A DNA stretch of 64,000 bases from an uncultured Gemmatimonadales bacterium (GTDB lineage: Bacteria > Gemmatimonadota > Gemmatimonadetes > Gemmatimonadales > GWC2-71-9). Positions within the stretch are counted from its first letter, which is position 1; each line of letters opens with the position of its first letter. The notes below the pieces were generated by a model, which was not told the origin of the DNA, searched no databases, and worked only from the letters and a program-made list of their open reading frames with translations. The stretch spans positions 256,001 through 320,000 of the forward strand of contig CAVZZO010000003.1 of NCBI GenBank assembly GCA_963779755.1. The letters are read 5' to 3'. Positions 16,648 through 26,580 of the stretch are shown here, piece after piece. A program made the position numbers and the translations under genes.

Positions 16648-18525
16648 CTAGACCAGCGCAGCCGCATCGAGAATGAGCGCGGGCTCGCCATCCGCCAGGA
16701 TGGTCGCCCCGCTGAAGACCGGCAGCATGCCGCGCGGCGGATCGAACGGTTCCACGACGATCTCCTGCTGCCCCAGCAGCGCATCGACCACCACCGCCGC
16801 GCGCTGGCCCGCCGACTCCAGGATGATGGTCGGCCGCCGGGGCGGCAGCTCGCCACCGGCCACCCGCAGGAGGTCGCGGATGTGGCGGGTAGGAATCACC
16901 GACTGGCGCAGCACCAGCGCCTCCCGGCCACCCATGGTGGTGAGCCGGCCGCCATCGTATTCCACCGTTTCCGCCACGTGGGCCAGCGGCACCGCGTAGC
17001 GCTCCGCGCCCACCCGGGCCAACAGCACCCGCACCACCGCCAGGGTCACCGGCAGGTACAGGGTGAACGTGGTGCCCCGGCCCATTTCGGTCGCGATGGC
17101 CACCGAGCCGCCCAGGGCCCGCACCTGCGCCACGACCGCATCGATCCCCACGCCGCGGCCGGAGACGTCGGTCACCCGGGCGGCGGTGCTGAACCCGGGC
17201 CGCGCGATGAGCCGCAACAGGCCTTCGTCGCTCAGCGATCCGGCTTCGGCCTCCAGCACGCCGTCCTGCACCGCCCGCTGCACGATGCGCGCGCGATCCA
17301 GCCCGCGTCCGTCGTCCGCCACCCGCACCGCCACCCCGCGCTGGTCCCGGGTGGCGCTCAGGATGATGCGGCCGACTTCCGGCTTGCCCTTCCGGCGGCG
17401 CTCGGCCGGGCTCTCGAGGCCATGATCGAGCGCGTTGCGCAACAGGTGAAGCAGCGGGTCGCCCAGTTCATCCAGGATGGCGCGGTCCAGCTCGATATCG
17501 CCGCCCTCGAGCAGCAGCTCGACCCGCTTGCCCAGCTGGCGCCCGAGATCGCGCACCACGCGGGGAAAGCGGTCGAACACCTGCCATACCGGCGTCAGCC
17601 GGACCTGGATAACGTCGGCCTGCAGCTCCGACACCAGCCGGTGCATGCGGGCGGAGACGGCTTCCAGCTCGGGCTGGGAGCGGGGCGCCACCAGCTCCTG
17701 CAGCCGCTGTTCCGCCACCACCAGTTCGCCCATGTTGTTCAGCAGCGAATCCAGCCGGCGCAGGTCGACCCGGATGGAGCGGACCTCGTCTACCGTCTCT
17801 TCCACCGGGGCGTGCACCGGCATCTCGCCGATGGTCACCGCGTCGACATCGCCCGCCGCCCGGATGGCCGCCTGTACCGCCTGGTCGCTCAGGTCGGTAT
17901 CCAGCCGGAACGAGAACTGCCCGTCGAATTCCGCCTGCTCGAACGCCGCCACCGCGGGCCGGATGCCGCTCACCGACCCCAGGGCCTCCGCCCGCTTCAG
18001 TGCCAGCGCCGCGCGCGCCCCCCGCATGACCGCGTCGGGCCGGATGGCCACCCGCACCAGGCGGCCGGTGGGGCCGCGTGGCGCCGGCGCCTCGTGCAGA
18101 TCGTGCACCTCGCGCACCGCGCGCATCTCGCCGGTGTGCGACCGGGTCGCCTGGGCCGCCTGGCTCAGCGCGGTGATCAGCGCGGTGAAGTCGAGCTGAT
18201 CGTCACGACCCGCCACCGCCTCGTCCAGCGAGCCTTCCAGCGCGTCTACCGCGCGGAACAGCAGGTCGATCTGGTCCGGGTCGACCGCGGCCACCCGCTC
18301 GCGCAGCAAGGCGAGCAGGTCTTCGGTCTGGTGGGCCAGCTCCGCCACGCGGCCGTAGCCCATGGTGGCCGCCATGCCCTTGAGCGTGTGCATGGCCCGG
18401 AAGATCCCCGCGATGGGCGCCGGCTCCATCGGCACCCGCTCCAGCTCCAGCAACAGGCGGTTGCAGTCCTGCAGGTGCTCGCGGCCCTCGGTCAGGAAGA
18501 GCGCGGCGTAGCGGGAGACGTCCAT
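16648..18525 (-). CDS. cheA: Chemotaxis histidine kinase CheA
   Basis: HPt FRAMHTLKGMA, P2-like domain, HLLRNALDHGLE, DDGRG, PGFSTA, DVSGRGVG, C-terminal CheW-like domain. Confidence 0.97.
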   Translation of the reverse strand: MDVSRYAALFLTEGREHLQDCNRLLLELERVPMEPAPIAGIFRAMHTLKGMAATMGYGRVAELAHQTEDLLALLRERVAAVDPDQIDLLFRAVDALEGSLDEAVAGRDDQLDFTALITALSQAAQATRSHTGEMRAVREVHDLHEAPAPRGPTGRLVRVAIRPDAVMRGARAALALKRAEALGSVSGIRPAVAAFEQAEFDGQFSFRLDTDLSDQAVQAAIRAAGDVDAVTIGEMPVHAPVEETVDEVRSIRVDLRRLDSLLNNMGELVVAEQRLQELVAPRSQPELEAVSARMHRLVSELQADVIQVRLTPVWQVFDRFPRVVRDLGRQLGKRVELLLEGGDIELDRAILDELGDPLLHLLRNALDHGLESPAERRRKGKPEVGRIILSATRDQRGVAVRVADDGRGLDRARIVQRAVQDGVLEAEAGSLSDEGLLRLIARPGFSTAARVTDVSGRGVGIDAVVAQVRALGGSVAIATEMGRGTTFTLYLPVTLAVVRVLLARVGAERYAVPLAHVAETVEYDGGRLTTMGGREALVLRQSVIPTRHIRDLLRVAGGELPPRRPTIILESAGQRAAVVVDALLGQQEIVVEPFDPPRGMLPVFSGATILADGEPALILDAAALV

Positions 18526-18529
18526 CGGC

Positions 18530-18892
18530 TCAGCCGAGCACGCGCTGCACCGCCTCCAGCACCCGGGACGGCTGGAAGGGCTTCACCACGAAGTCCTTCG
18601 CCCCCGCCTGGATGGCTTCCACCACCAGCGCCTGCTGGCCCATGGCGCTGCACATCAGGATCTTGGCGTCCGGATCGTCGCGGCAGATCTCCCGCACCGC
18701 GTCGATGCCCCCCATATCCGGCATGACGATATCCATGGTGACCAGATCGGGCTTGAGCTGGCGGTACTTGTCCACCGCCTGCCGTCCGGTCTCGGCTTCT
18801 CCCACGACTTCGAAGCCCGCCTGCGCGAGAATGTCGCTGATCATCGTGCGCATGAAGATCGCGTCATCGCACACCAGCACCGTGTTGGCCAC
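18530..18892 (-). CDS. cheY: Chemotaxis response regulator CheY (Bacillus/Thermotoga type)
   Basis: VLVCDDAIFMR, PDLVTMDIVMP, CSAMGQQ, GAKDFVVKPFQPSRV. Confidence 0.95.
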   Translation of the reverse strand: MANTVLVCDDAIFMRTMISDILAQAGFEVVGEAETGRQAVDKYRQLKPDLVTMDIVMPDMGGIDAVREICRDDPDAKILMCSAMGQQALVVEAIQAGAKDFVVKPFQPSRVLEAVQRVLG

Positions 18893-18934
18893 GAAAGCCC
18901 TCCCTGCAAGTTGCGCCGTTTGGCCGGATGTCCG

Positions 18935-19372
18935 TCAGGCCGAGTACACCGGCCCCAGGACCGTTTCGGTATCCAGCACCACGAACACGCGATCGTCCCA
19001 CCGCCCCACCGCCTGCACCAGCCGCGGGTCTACACCCGGCAGGGTGTCCCGCTCGTCCAGTGCGGACGCGGGCAGGTGCAGGAGATCGTGCACCAGATCC
19101 ACGATGAGCCCGAGGAGACGTCCCCCCACGGCCAGCAGCAGGATGGACGGCTCCACCGCCGGCGGCCCGTCCCGGCCCAGCATCTGCCGCCCGTCGGCGA
19201 CGGTGATGAGCCGCCCGCGGACGTTCACCAGCCCGAGCACACCGGCCACCGCGCCAGGAATCCTGGCGGGGGGGTGGTAGGGAACGATCTCCTGCACGAT
19301 GCCGGTGGGGGCCGCGCAGAGGAGATCGCCTACCTGGAAGACCAGTAAAGACACCGTCTCGGCGTCAGCCAT
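18935..19372 (-). CDS. cheW: Chemotaxis coupling protein CheW
   Basis: LLVFQVG, PGAVAGVLGLVNVRGRLITVAD, LGLIVD; ATG 19372 overlaps the rluD stop by 8 nt. Confidence 0.9.
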   Translation of the reverse strand: MADAETVSLLVFQVGDLLCAAPTGIVQEIVPYHPPARIPGAVAGVLGLVNVRGRLITVADGRQMLGRDGPPAVEPSILLLAVGGRLLGLIVDLVHDLLHLPASALDERDTLPGVDPRLVQAVGRWDDRVFVVLDTETVLGPVYSA

Positions 19373-20372
19373 GTTCTTTAAAGAAACCAAGATACCGCAG
19401 GTTGGGGGCACCGGCAACCAGACCGGATTGGACTAGTGCAGTTTCCAGCAGACCGCGCAAATCGCCCGGCCATTCCGCGGTGAATTCCAGCGCCTCCCCG
19501 GAGACCGGGTGACGCAATTGCAGCCATGCCGCGTGCAAGGCCTGGCGTGGCGCGAGGCGCTCCAGCCGCTCCGCTGCGATGCGCTGAGTGCCTGACATAC
19601 GCCGACTTCCGCCCCCGGCATAGACCGGATCCCCGATGACGGGATGCCCCACATGATGGAGGTGGACCCGGATCTGGTGCGTTCGCCCGGTGTGCAGCTC
19701 CAATTTGAGCAGGTCACAGAGCGCGAACCGTGCCACCACATGCGCCTCTGTCCGGGCTGGTCGACCGGTGGAGAGCACGGCCATGCGCTTGCGATCGCGC
19801 GGGTTGCGGCCGATGGCCGCATCGATGGTCAGGGGGGAGGCATCCAGGTGGCCCCAGCAGAGCGCGGCGTAGCGCCGGCTGATCCGGCGGGCGGCAAGCG
19901 CCGCGCCCAGGCGCCGGTGGGCCAGGTCGCTCTTGGCTACCAGCATGAGCCCCGAGGTGTCGCGGTCCAGACGGTGAACGATGCCGGGACGTCCTTCACC
20001 GGCCCGGGACAGCGCCGTCCCCCGGGCCGCCAGGGCATTGACCAGGGTATCGTCCCAGTGTCCCGGCGCGGGATGCACCACCAGCCCGGCCGGCTTGTCG
20101 ATGACCAGCAGGTGCTCGTCCTCGAAGACGACGGTCAGGGGAATGTCGGCGGGGCGAAGCTCGCGCGGCGGCGCGGCCTCGGGCAGGGTCACCTCCACCA
20201 CCTCGCCCCGTTCCAGCAGGCGGCTGGCGCGGGCCACCGTGCCATCGACGGTCACCGCCCGGGCGGCTATGAGCCGCGCGGCCTGGGTGCGGGAGAGCTG
20301 CAGCTGATCGGCCAGGAATCGGTCGAGCCGCTCGGTGACGGCGGCCGTCACCGTGAAGCGGTGCTCACTCAT
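19365..20372 (-). CDS. rluD: RluA/RluD family 23S rRNA pseudouridine synthase
   Basis: S4 domain RLDRFLA, DKPAGLVVHP, GIVHRLDRDTSG, TGRTHQIRVH. Confidence 0.95.
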   Translation of the reverse strand: MSEHRFTVTAAVTERLDRFLADQLQLSRTQAARLIAARAVTVDGTVARASRLLERGEVVEVTLPEAAPPRELRPADIPLTVVFEDEHLLVIDKPAGLVVHPAPGHWDDTLVNALAARGTALSRAGEGRPGIVHRLDRDTSGLMLVAKSDLAHRRLGAALAARRISRRYAALCWGHLDASPLTIDAAIGRNPRDRKRMAVLSTGRPARTEAHVVARFALCDLLKLELHTGRTHQIRVHLHHVGHPVIGDPVYAGGGSRRMSGTQRIAAERLERLAPRQALHAAWLQLRHPVSGEALEFTAEWPGDLRGLLETALVQSGLVAGAPNLRYLGFFKEHG

Positions 20373-20402
20373 AACCGGAGGCCGCGGCGCGGCCGCCCGC
20401 GC

Positions 20403-20912
20403 TCAGGAGGCCGGCGCGGATTCCGGCTCGGCGCGCCGGGCATCCTCACGCCACAGAGAGTACGCCAGCGCGACGGCCCCTACGGTCACGGCCATGTCGG
20501 CCACGTTGAAGGTGGGCCAGCGCAGCGCCCCGACGCCCATATCGAGAAAATCCACCACGCCCTGCGCGCTGCGCACCCGGTCCAGCAGGTTGCCGGCAGC
20601 GCCGCCGCAGACCAGGCCCAGCGCGAGCTGGCGGAACCAGTCACCCGGTACGGTGCGCCGGCTCATCCGCGCGAGGATCAGGATGGCCAGAGCGGCGATC
20701 ACCAGAAAGATCCAGCGCGAATACGGCCCCAGGTGCAGGCCGAAGGCCGCGCCCGGGTTGTGTACCAGGCGCAGCTGCAGCCATTCGCCCAGCACGGAGA
20801 TATCCGCGTGGCGCAGGAGAAAGGTCTCGGCCAGCAGCTTGGTGCCGAGGTCCAGCACCATAACCATCGCCGCCACCGACCAGAACAGGCGGCGGTCAGC
20901 GGCGCTTGGCAT
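20403..20912 (-). CDS. lspA: Lipoprotein signal peptidase II
   Basis: NPGAAFG, GGAAGNLLDR, VVDFLD, PTFNVAD. Confidence 0.96.
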   Translation of the reverse strand: MPSAADRRLFWSVAAMVMVLDLGTKLLAETFLLRHADISVLGEWLQLRLVHNPGAAFGLHLGPYSRWIFLVIAALAILILARMSRRTVPGDWFRQLALGLVCGGAAGNLLDRVRSAQGVVDFLDMGVGALRWPTFNVADMAVTVGAVALAYSLWREDARRAEPESAPAS

Positions 20913-21279
20913 CCTCCTCCTGTTCCTTGCACTTGATGCAGAGGCGCGCGTGCGGCAGCGCGTCCAGCCGCTCGAAGTTGATCTCCGCGCCGCACTGCTG
21001 GCACAGACCGAATTTCTCCGGCGTCTGGTAGAGCCGCCGCAGCGCCTCGTTCACATGCCAGAGATAGCGCCCCTCCTGCGAGGCGAAGAGGAACTGCTTC
21101 TCCCGCTCCATGGCATCGGTGCCCTGATCGGCCATATGGAAGGAGTAGGAGGAGAGATCTCCGTCCGAAGACTGCAGGGAGGCATTGAAGGACTCGTCGT
21201 AATGGCCGAGCTCCTTCATGACCCGGGCCCGCTCTTCCAGCAGGCGCTTCCCCAGATGGGCGAGATTCTTCTTGTTCAT
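20896..21279 (-). CDS. TraR/DksA family C4 zinc-finger protein
   Basis: HMADQGTDAMERE coiled-coil tip; CQQCG...RLDALPHARLCIKC. Confidence 0.92.
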   Translation of the reverse strand: MNKKNLAHLGKRLLEERARVMKELGHYDESFNASLQSSDGDLSSYSFHMADQGTDAMEREKQFLFASQEGRYLWHVNEALRRLYQTPEKFGLCQQCGAEINFERLDALPHARLCIKCKEQEEDAKRR

Positions 21280-21309
21280 GCGGTTTCCAGTGCTCAGGGG
21301 ACGCAACAG

Positions 21310-24300
21310 TTAAGGACGGCTTGCGTCGTATCGCCGGACAGCCACGGTGAGACGCTCACCGTCGATGTCGAGGTCCTGCTCCAGATCCGGAACGGCCAGA
21401 CGTTCGCCCAGCACCAGCTCCCGGGCGAGCGTCTCCGTCTTGATGAAATCGGCATGGGCCGAGACCGCCTGCAGCAGTCCCGGCGTGCCGGCGAGGCCCA
21501 GTGAAATGCGGGTTGTATAATCGTAGCCCGCCTCCTTCCGCAAGCGTTGCACCCGGTTGACTGCTTCCCGCGCCAGGCCTTCCGCGCGCAACGCGTCGTC
21601 CAGCCGGGGATCGATGGCCGCCACGAAGGGCCCGTCGCTCTCGACCACCCAGTCGCTGGCGACCTCGCGCTCCACCGTGACATCCTCCGGCAGCCAGGTG
21701 ACCGTCTCGCCGTTCAGGCTGGCCTCCACCGGGCTGCCCTGCTCCAGCGCCCGGAGCTGGTCGGCCGTTAGCCCGGCCGCGGCCGCGGCCACGGCCGGCG
21801 TCTGCCTGCCGAACCGCTTGCCGAGGGAGCGGAAGTTCGGCCGGCCCCGCAACCGCACCAGGTCGGTGTCGCTGGCCACGATCTCCACCGTCTTGACGTT
21901 CACCTCCGAGCGGAGGAGCGGGAGCAGCTCCTCCAGCAGGGGCCCGCGCACCGCCGACGGCACCGCGACCTGCAGTCGCGGCAGCGGCTGGCGCACCTTG
22001 AGGCCGGCGCGCTCGCGCGCGGCCCGTGCGAGGGAGGCCAGGCGGCGCACGGCATCCATCGCGGTTTCCAGCGCGGGGTCTTCGGCGCCGGGCCGGGGGA
22101 AACCCGCCAGGTGGACGGTCGAGCCGGCCAGCCCGCGGTGCAGCCAGTCGGCCATGAACGGCGCTGCCGGGGCCAGCAGCCGGGCCGTGGTCACCAGCGC
22201 CTGGTGCAGGGTCGCCGAGGCGGCCGGGTCGGCCTCGGCATCGGGCGCCCAGAAGCGCCCGCGGTTGAGCCGCACGTACCAGTTGGACAGATCGTCCACT
22301 ACAAAGTCCATCAGCGCCCTCGTCCCGGCGGTGACGTCATAGCCGTCCCAGGCCTCCCGCACCAGGCGGACGGTGCGCGCCAGCCGGCTCCGCAGCCAGC
22401 GATCGGCGGTGAGCTCGGCGCCGGGCACCCCCCCCGGCGTCCAGTCGCCGGCGTAGCTGGCGAAGAAGTGGTAGGTGTTCCGCAGCGTGTTGAGGAAACC
22501 GCCCACCACTTCGGGCACCGCCCGGGGGTCGAAGCGCTTGGGCAGCCAGACCTGGCTCGAGCTCAGCAGGTAGAGCCGGACGGCGTCGGCGCCGAACTCG
22601 GCGATGACCTGCCAGGGCTCCACCACGTTGCCCCGGCTCTTGGACATCTTCTGCCCCTCGGCATCCAGCACCAGCTCATTCACGATCACGTGCCGGTAGG
22701 CCGGCTGGTCGAACGCCGCCGTGGCGATGGCCAGCAGCGAGTAGAACCAGCCCCGGGTCTGGTCCACCCCTTCGCAGATGAAGTCGGCCGGGAAATGGGC
22801 CTGGAACTCCGCCTCGCCCTCGAAGGGATAGTGCCACTGGGCATAGGGCATCGATCCGGAATCGAACCAGGTGTCGATCACTTCCGGCGCCCGGCGCATG
22901 GTGCCGCCGCACGCGCAGGCCCAGGTGTACCCGTCGATGAACGGCTTGTGCGGATCGAACTCCGCCGGCAACGGCTGTCCCCAGCGTTCCGCCAGGCGGG
23001 CGTAGCTGCCGACGACCTCCACATGGCGGTCGTCACGGTCGCAGGTCCAGACCGGCAGGGGCGTGCCCCAGTACCGGTCGCGCGAGAGAGCCCAGTCTAC
23101 GTTGTTGGCCAGCCACTCGCCGAAACGGCCGGCGCCGACCTCCGGCGGATGCCAGTCCACCTGCGCAGTGATTGCCAGCATGCGGTCGCGCACCGCGGTG
23201 GTGCGGACGAACCAGGAGTCGCGGGCATAGTAGATGAGCGGACTCTGGCAACGCCAGCAGTGGGGATAGGTGTGCCGGTGTTCCTGCGCCAGATGATAGC
23301 GCCCTTCGTCGCGCAGCCGCTGGACGATGAGCCGGTTGGTCTCGCGATCGGTGACCAGGCGCCCCTCCAGCGCGGGCCAGCGGGTGCCCTCGAACGTGCC
23401 GTCGGCCGCCACCGGCCGCGCCAGCTCCAGCCCCTCGCGCCGGCCCACGGCGAAATCGTCGGCGCCGAAGGCGGGCGCAATGTGCACCAGGCCGGTACCG
23501 TCCTCGGCCGTCACGAAATCGCCAGCGACCACCACCCGGCTCTGCCCCTCGCCGGGCAGGTCCACCAGCTCGAGCGGCCGGCGGTAGCGTAGCCCCAGCA
23601 GCTCGCGGCCGGGGAACCGGCGGCGCGCGCCCACGTCCCCGAAGGACGGTGCCCCCTTCCGGGCACTTACCGGCAGCGCATCGCGCCCCGTCGCGAGGAT
23701 GTACGTCCGCCCGTCCACCTCATATTCGCCATATTCCAGTTCGGGGTGCACCGCGACCCCCACGTTGGACAGCAGGGTCCAGGGCGTGGTGGTCCAGACC
23801 AGCAGCTCGCGGCCGCTGCCGTCCTCCAAGGGAAAGGTGACGTACACCGACTGGGTCTGCACCTCCTGATAGCCGAGCGCCAGCTCGTGGCTGGACAGCA
23901 CGGTGCCGCAGCGGGGGCAGTATGGCAGCACCCGGTGGCCCCGGTACAGCAGTTCCCGCTCCCACAGCCGGTGCAGCAGCCACCAGACCGTTTCGATGTA
24001 GTGGTTGCTGCAGGTGATATAGGGGTGCTCGTAGTCCAGCCAGTACCCGATGCGGTCGGAGAGCGACCGCCATTCGGCTTCGTAGCGGAACACGCTTTCG
24101 CGGCAGAGCGCGTTGAACTTCTCCACCCCGAAGCGCTCGATATCCTTCTTGCCCGACAGCTGGAGCTGCTTCTCCACTTCGATCTCGACCGGGAGCCCGT
24201 GGGTGTCCCACCCGGCGATGCGGGTGACCGATTCCCCCTGCATCGTGTGATAGCGGCAGATCAGGTCCTTGATGGTCCGGGAGAAGACGTGATGGATCCC

Positions 24301-24462
24301 GGGACGCCCGTTCGCCGTAGGCGGGCCCTCGAAGAAAACGAAGGGCGGCCCGCCGGCCGTCTGTTCCAGCGTGCGCTGAAAGAGCCGGTCTTCAGTCCAG
24401 CGCTCCAGCAGCGCACGCTCGAGCTCGTCCGCCGTCCCGGCGGGCCACTGCGGCCAGGTCAT
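21310..24462 (-). CDS. ileS: Isoleucyl-tRNA synthetase, type 2
   Basis: [51 protein letters not shown]; type-2 C-terminus ([16 protein letters not shown]). Confidence 0.97.
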   Translation of the reverse strand: MTWPQWPAGTADELERALLERWTEDRLFQRTLEQTAGGPPFVFFEGPPTANGRPGIHHVFSRTIKDLICRYHTMQGESVTRIAGWDTHGLPVEIEVEKQLQLSGKKDIERFGVEKFNALCRESVFRYEAEWRSLSDRIGYWLDYEHPYITCSNHYIETVWWLLHRLWERELLYRGHRVLPYCPRCGTVLSSHELALGYQEVQTQSVYVTFPLEDGSGRELLVWTTTPWTLLSNVGVAVHPELEYGEYEVDGRTYILATGRDALPVSARKGAPSFGDVGARRRFPGRELLGLRYRRPLELVDLPGEGQSRVVVAGDFVTAEDGTGLVHIAPAFGADDFAVGRREGLELARPVAADGTFEGTRWPALEGRLVTDRETNRLIVQRLRDEGRYHLAQEHRHTYPHCWRCQSPLIYYARDSWFVRTTAVRDRMLAITAQVDWHPPEVGAGRFGEWLANNVDWALSRDRYWGTPLPVWTCDRDDRHVEVVGSYARLAERWGQPLPAEFDPHKPFIDGYTWACACGGTMRRAPEVIDTWFDSGSMPYAQWHYPFEGEAEFQAHFPADFICEGVDQTRGWFYSLLAIATAAFDQPAYRHVIVNELVLDAEGQKMSKSRGNVVEPWQVIAEFGADAVRLYLLSSSQVWLPKRFDPRAVPEVVGGFLNTLRNTYHFFASYAGDWTPGGVPGAELTADRWLRSRLARTVRLVREAWDGYDVTAGTRALMDFVVDDLSNWYVRLNRGRFWAPDAEADPAASATLHQALVTTARLLAPAAPFMADWLHRGLAGSTVHLAGFPRPGAEDPALETAMDAVRRLASLARAARERAGLKVRQPLPRLQVAVPSAVRGPLLEELLPLLRSEVNVKTVEIVASDTDLVRLRGRPNFRSLGKRFGRQTPAVAAAAAGLTADQLRALEQGSPVEASLNGETVTWLPEDVTVEREVASDWVVESDGPFVAAIDPRLDDALRAEGLAREAVNRVQRLRKEAGYDYTTRISLGLAGTPGLLQAVSAHADFIKTETLARELVLGERLAVPDLEQDLDIDGERLTVAVRRYDASRP

Positions 24463-25298
24463 CCGTCCATCCGCCCCACCACATGCCGCACCAGCCGGGT
24501 GAGTCCCGGCTCGGCCGCTTCAGCGGTGGCGATGATCCGGCTGATCTCCGCCGGCTCCAGCGCGTCGGGCAGGCACTGGTCCGTGATGATCGACAGGCCC
24601 AGCACCCGCATGCCGGCGTGCCGAGCGACGATGACCTCCGGAACGGTGGACATGCCCACGACGTCGGCACCCAGGGCGCGGAGCATGCGGTACTCGGCGC
24701 GGGTTTCGAGGTTGGGACCGGCCACGGCGACGTAGACGCCCTCGCGCAGCGTGACGCCCAGCTCGAGCGCCGCCGCGCGCGCCAGCGCGCGCAGGCCGGG
24801 GTCGTACGGCGAGGACATGTCGGGGAATCGCGGGCCCAGACGCTCGTCGTTCGGCCCCACCAGCGGGTTGTCGCCCAGCAGGTTGATATGATCGGCGAGC
24901 AGCACGAGATCGCCCGGCTGCCAGAGCGGATGCATGCCTCCGCAGGCGTTGCTCACGATCAGGGTGCCGGCGCCCAGCGCGTGCAGCACCCGCACCGGGA
25001 AGGTGACCTGCCCCAGGTCGTAGCCCTCATAGCGATGAAACCGGCCCTGCATGGCCACCACCGGTGCGCCCGCCAGCGTGCCCAGCAGGAGGCGCCCCTG
25101 GTGGCTCTCGACCGTCGAGAGCGGAAAGCCGGGCAGCTCGCCGTAGGGGATGCTCGCCGCCACGTCCATCTCCCGGGCAAGGCCGCCCAGACCGGTCCCC
25201 AGAATGAGACCGGCCCGGGGGTGGAGTTCCGAGCGCGTCCGCACCGCGGCCGCCGCGGCGGCGACGGCGTCGTAGAGTGACTGGGCCGCAACCGGCAT
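24459..25298 (-). CDS. punA: Purine-nucleoside phosphorylase (trimeric PNP-I family)
   Basis: [42 protein letters not shown]. Confidence 0.93.
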   Translation of the reverse strand: MPVAAQSLYDAVAAAAAAVRTRSELHPRAGLILGTGLGGLAREMDVAASIPYGELPGFPLSTVESHQGRLLLGTLAGAPVVAMQGRFHRYEGYDLGQVTFPVRVLHALGAGTLIVSNACGGMHPLWQPGDLVLLADHINLLGDNPLVGPNDERLGPRFPDMSSPYDPGLRALARAAALELGVTLREGVYVAVAGPNLETRAEYRMLRALGADVVGMSTVPEVIVARHAGMRVLGLSIITDQCLPDALEPAEISRIIATAEAAEPGLTRLVRHVVGRMDG

Positions 25299-25813
25299 CA
25301 GCTCTCCCGTTTGAGCAGCAGCTCGGTCTGGGTGCGGGCCGCGGCGGTCTCGTGGGCCTGCAGCCCGTCCAGTTCCGCCAGCTGCCGTTCGAGCAACGCG
25401 CGGAAGTTGGCAAGGTACGAGGTGTACTGCCGTGCCGCCTGCTCCGTCCGCTCGCGGAAGCCGGCCTCCTCCTGCTGCGCCTGCGCCAGGATGCGCATCG
25501 CCTCCGACCGGGCTTCGCGGATGATGGCCTCGGCCTCGCGATCGGCCTGCTGGCGGCTGTCGGCCCGGAGCTGCTGCGCCGCGATCAGCGCCTCGTTCAT
25601 GGCCCGCTCCCGCTCGCGGAACGCCCGCAGCTGCTCCTGCATGTTCCGCAGCCGCTCCTCCCACTGCATGCGCTCCCGCAGCAGCCGCTCGACCTCCTCG
25701 GACACCCGGAGCTTGAAATCGTCCACCTGCGCCCGGTCGTAGCCGCGGAGCGCGCCCTGGAACTCCTGGGCCCGGATGTCGTGCGGCGTGAGGTGAAAGA
25801 GATCGTCAGCCAT
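25298..25813 (-). CDS. divIVA: DivIVA domain protein
   Basis: [26 protein letters not shown] followed by a long coiled coil. Confidence 0.93.
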   Translation of the reverse strand: MADDLFHLTPHDIRAQEFQGALRGYDRAQVDDFKLRVSEEVERLLRERMQWEERLRNMQEQLRAFRERERAMNEALIAAQQLRADSRQQADREAEAIIREARSEAMRILAQAQQEEAGFRERTEQAARQYTSYLANFRALLERQLAELDGLQAHETAAARTQTELLLKRES

Positions 25814-26498
25814 GCGTACGCTCCCCGAAAAGCACGGTCCCCAACCGGACCATGGTGGCCCCCTCCTCGACCGCGACTCCGTAGTCGCCGGACATGCCCA
25901 TCGATAATTCCGGCAGGCGGTGACCCCGGGCCCCGGCGTCGTCGCGCAGGAGGCGCAGGCGGCGGAAGGCGCTCCGCTGCCGGGACGGATCGTCGGTCAG
26001 CTCGGCCATCGTCATGAGGCCCCGCAATTCCAACCCGGCCAGGCCCGCGATCCGATCGAGCAGGGCCGGCAGCTCCTCCGGCGCCGCCCCGCCCTTCTGC
26101 GCCTCACCGGAACAGTTCACCTGCACCAGCACCGCCTGGCGCGTGCCCGGTGGCTGCCGCCGGTCCAGTTCCACCGCCAGCTCCTCGCGATCCACCGAAT
26201 GGATCAGCGCGAAACGGCCGGTGATCTGCCGGACCTTGTTGCGCTGGAGGGTACCGATCAGGTGCCAGTCGAGATCAATGGGACCGACGGCGTCCTGCTT
26301 GGCCAGGGCCTCCTGCACCCGGTTCTCCCCCACGGCATCCAGGCCCGCCGCCGCCGCGGCCCGCACCGCGTCTGGGCCATGGGTCTTGGTGACGGCGATG
26401 ATTCGCACCGGGTGGGTCCATCCCGCCCGCTGCTGATGCCCGGCAATCGCCTCCCGGACCTGCTGCAGCCGGGCCGATAGGCCGGACAAATATTCCAT
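25806..26498 (-). CDS. yggS: YggS/PLPBP pyridoxal phosphate homeostasis protein
   Basis: IAVTKT, GENRVQE, WHLIGTLQRNK, LSMGMSGD, TMVRLGTVLFG. Confidence 0.96.
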   Translation of the reverse strand: MEYLSGLSARLQQVREAIAGHQQRAGWTHPVRIIAVTKTHGPDAVRAAAAAGLDAVGENRVQEALAKQDAVGPIDLDWHLIGTLQRNKVRQITGRFALIHSVDREELAVELDRRQPPGTRQAVLVQVNCSGEAQKGGAAPEELPALLDRIAGLAGLELRGLMTMAELTDDPSRQRSAFRRLRLLRDDAGARGHRLPELSMGMSGDYGVAVEEGATMVRLGTVLFGERTHG

Positions 26499-26527
26499 AG
26501 CCCTATAATTTACTTGCGGTTAGCGTG

Positions 26528-26580
26528 GGAATGAAGGGGACCAGGGATCAGGGACTCGCGACTAATGACTAACGACTGAC
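26528..26580. repeat. Degenerate heptamer tandem repeat
   Basis: GGAATGAAG followed by GGGACCA GGGATCA GGGACTC GCGACTA ATGACTA ACGACTG (7-nt period). Confidence 0.6.
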
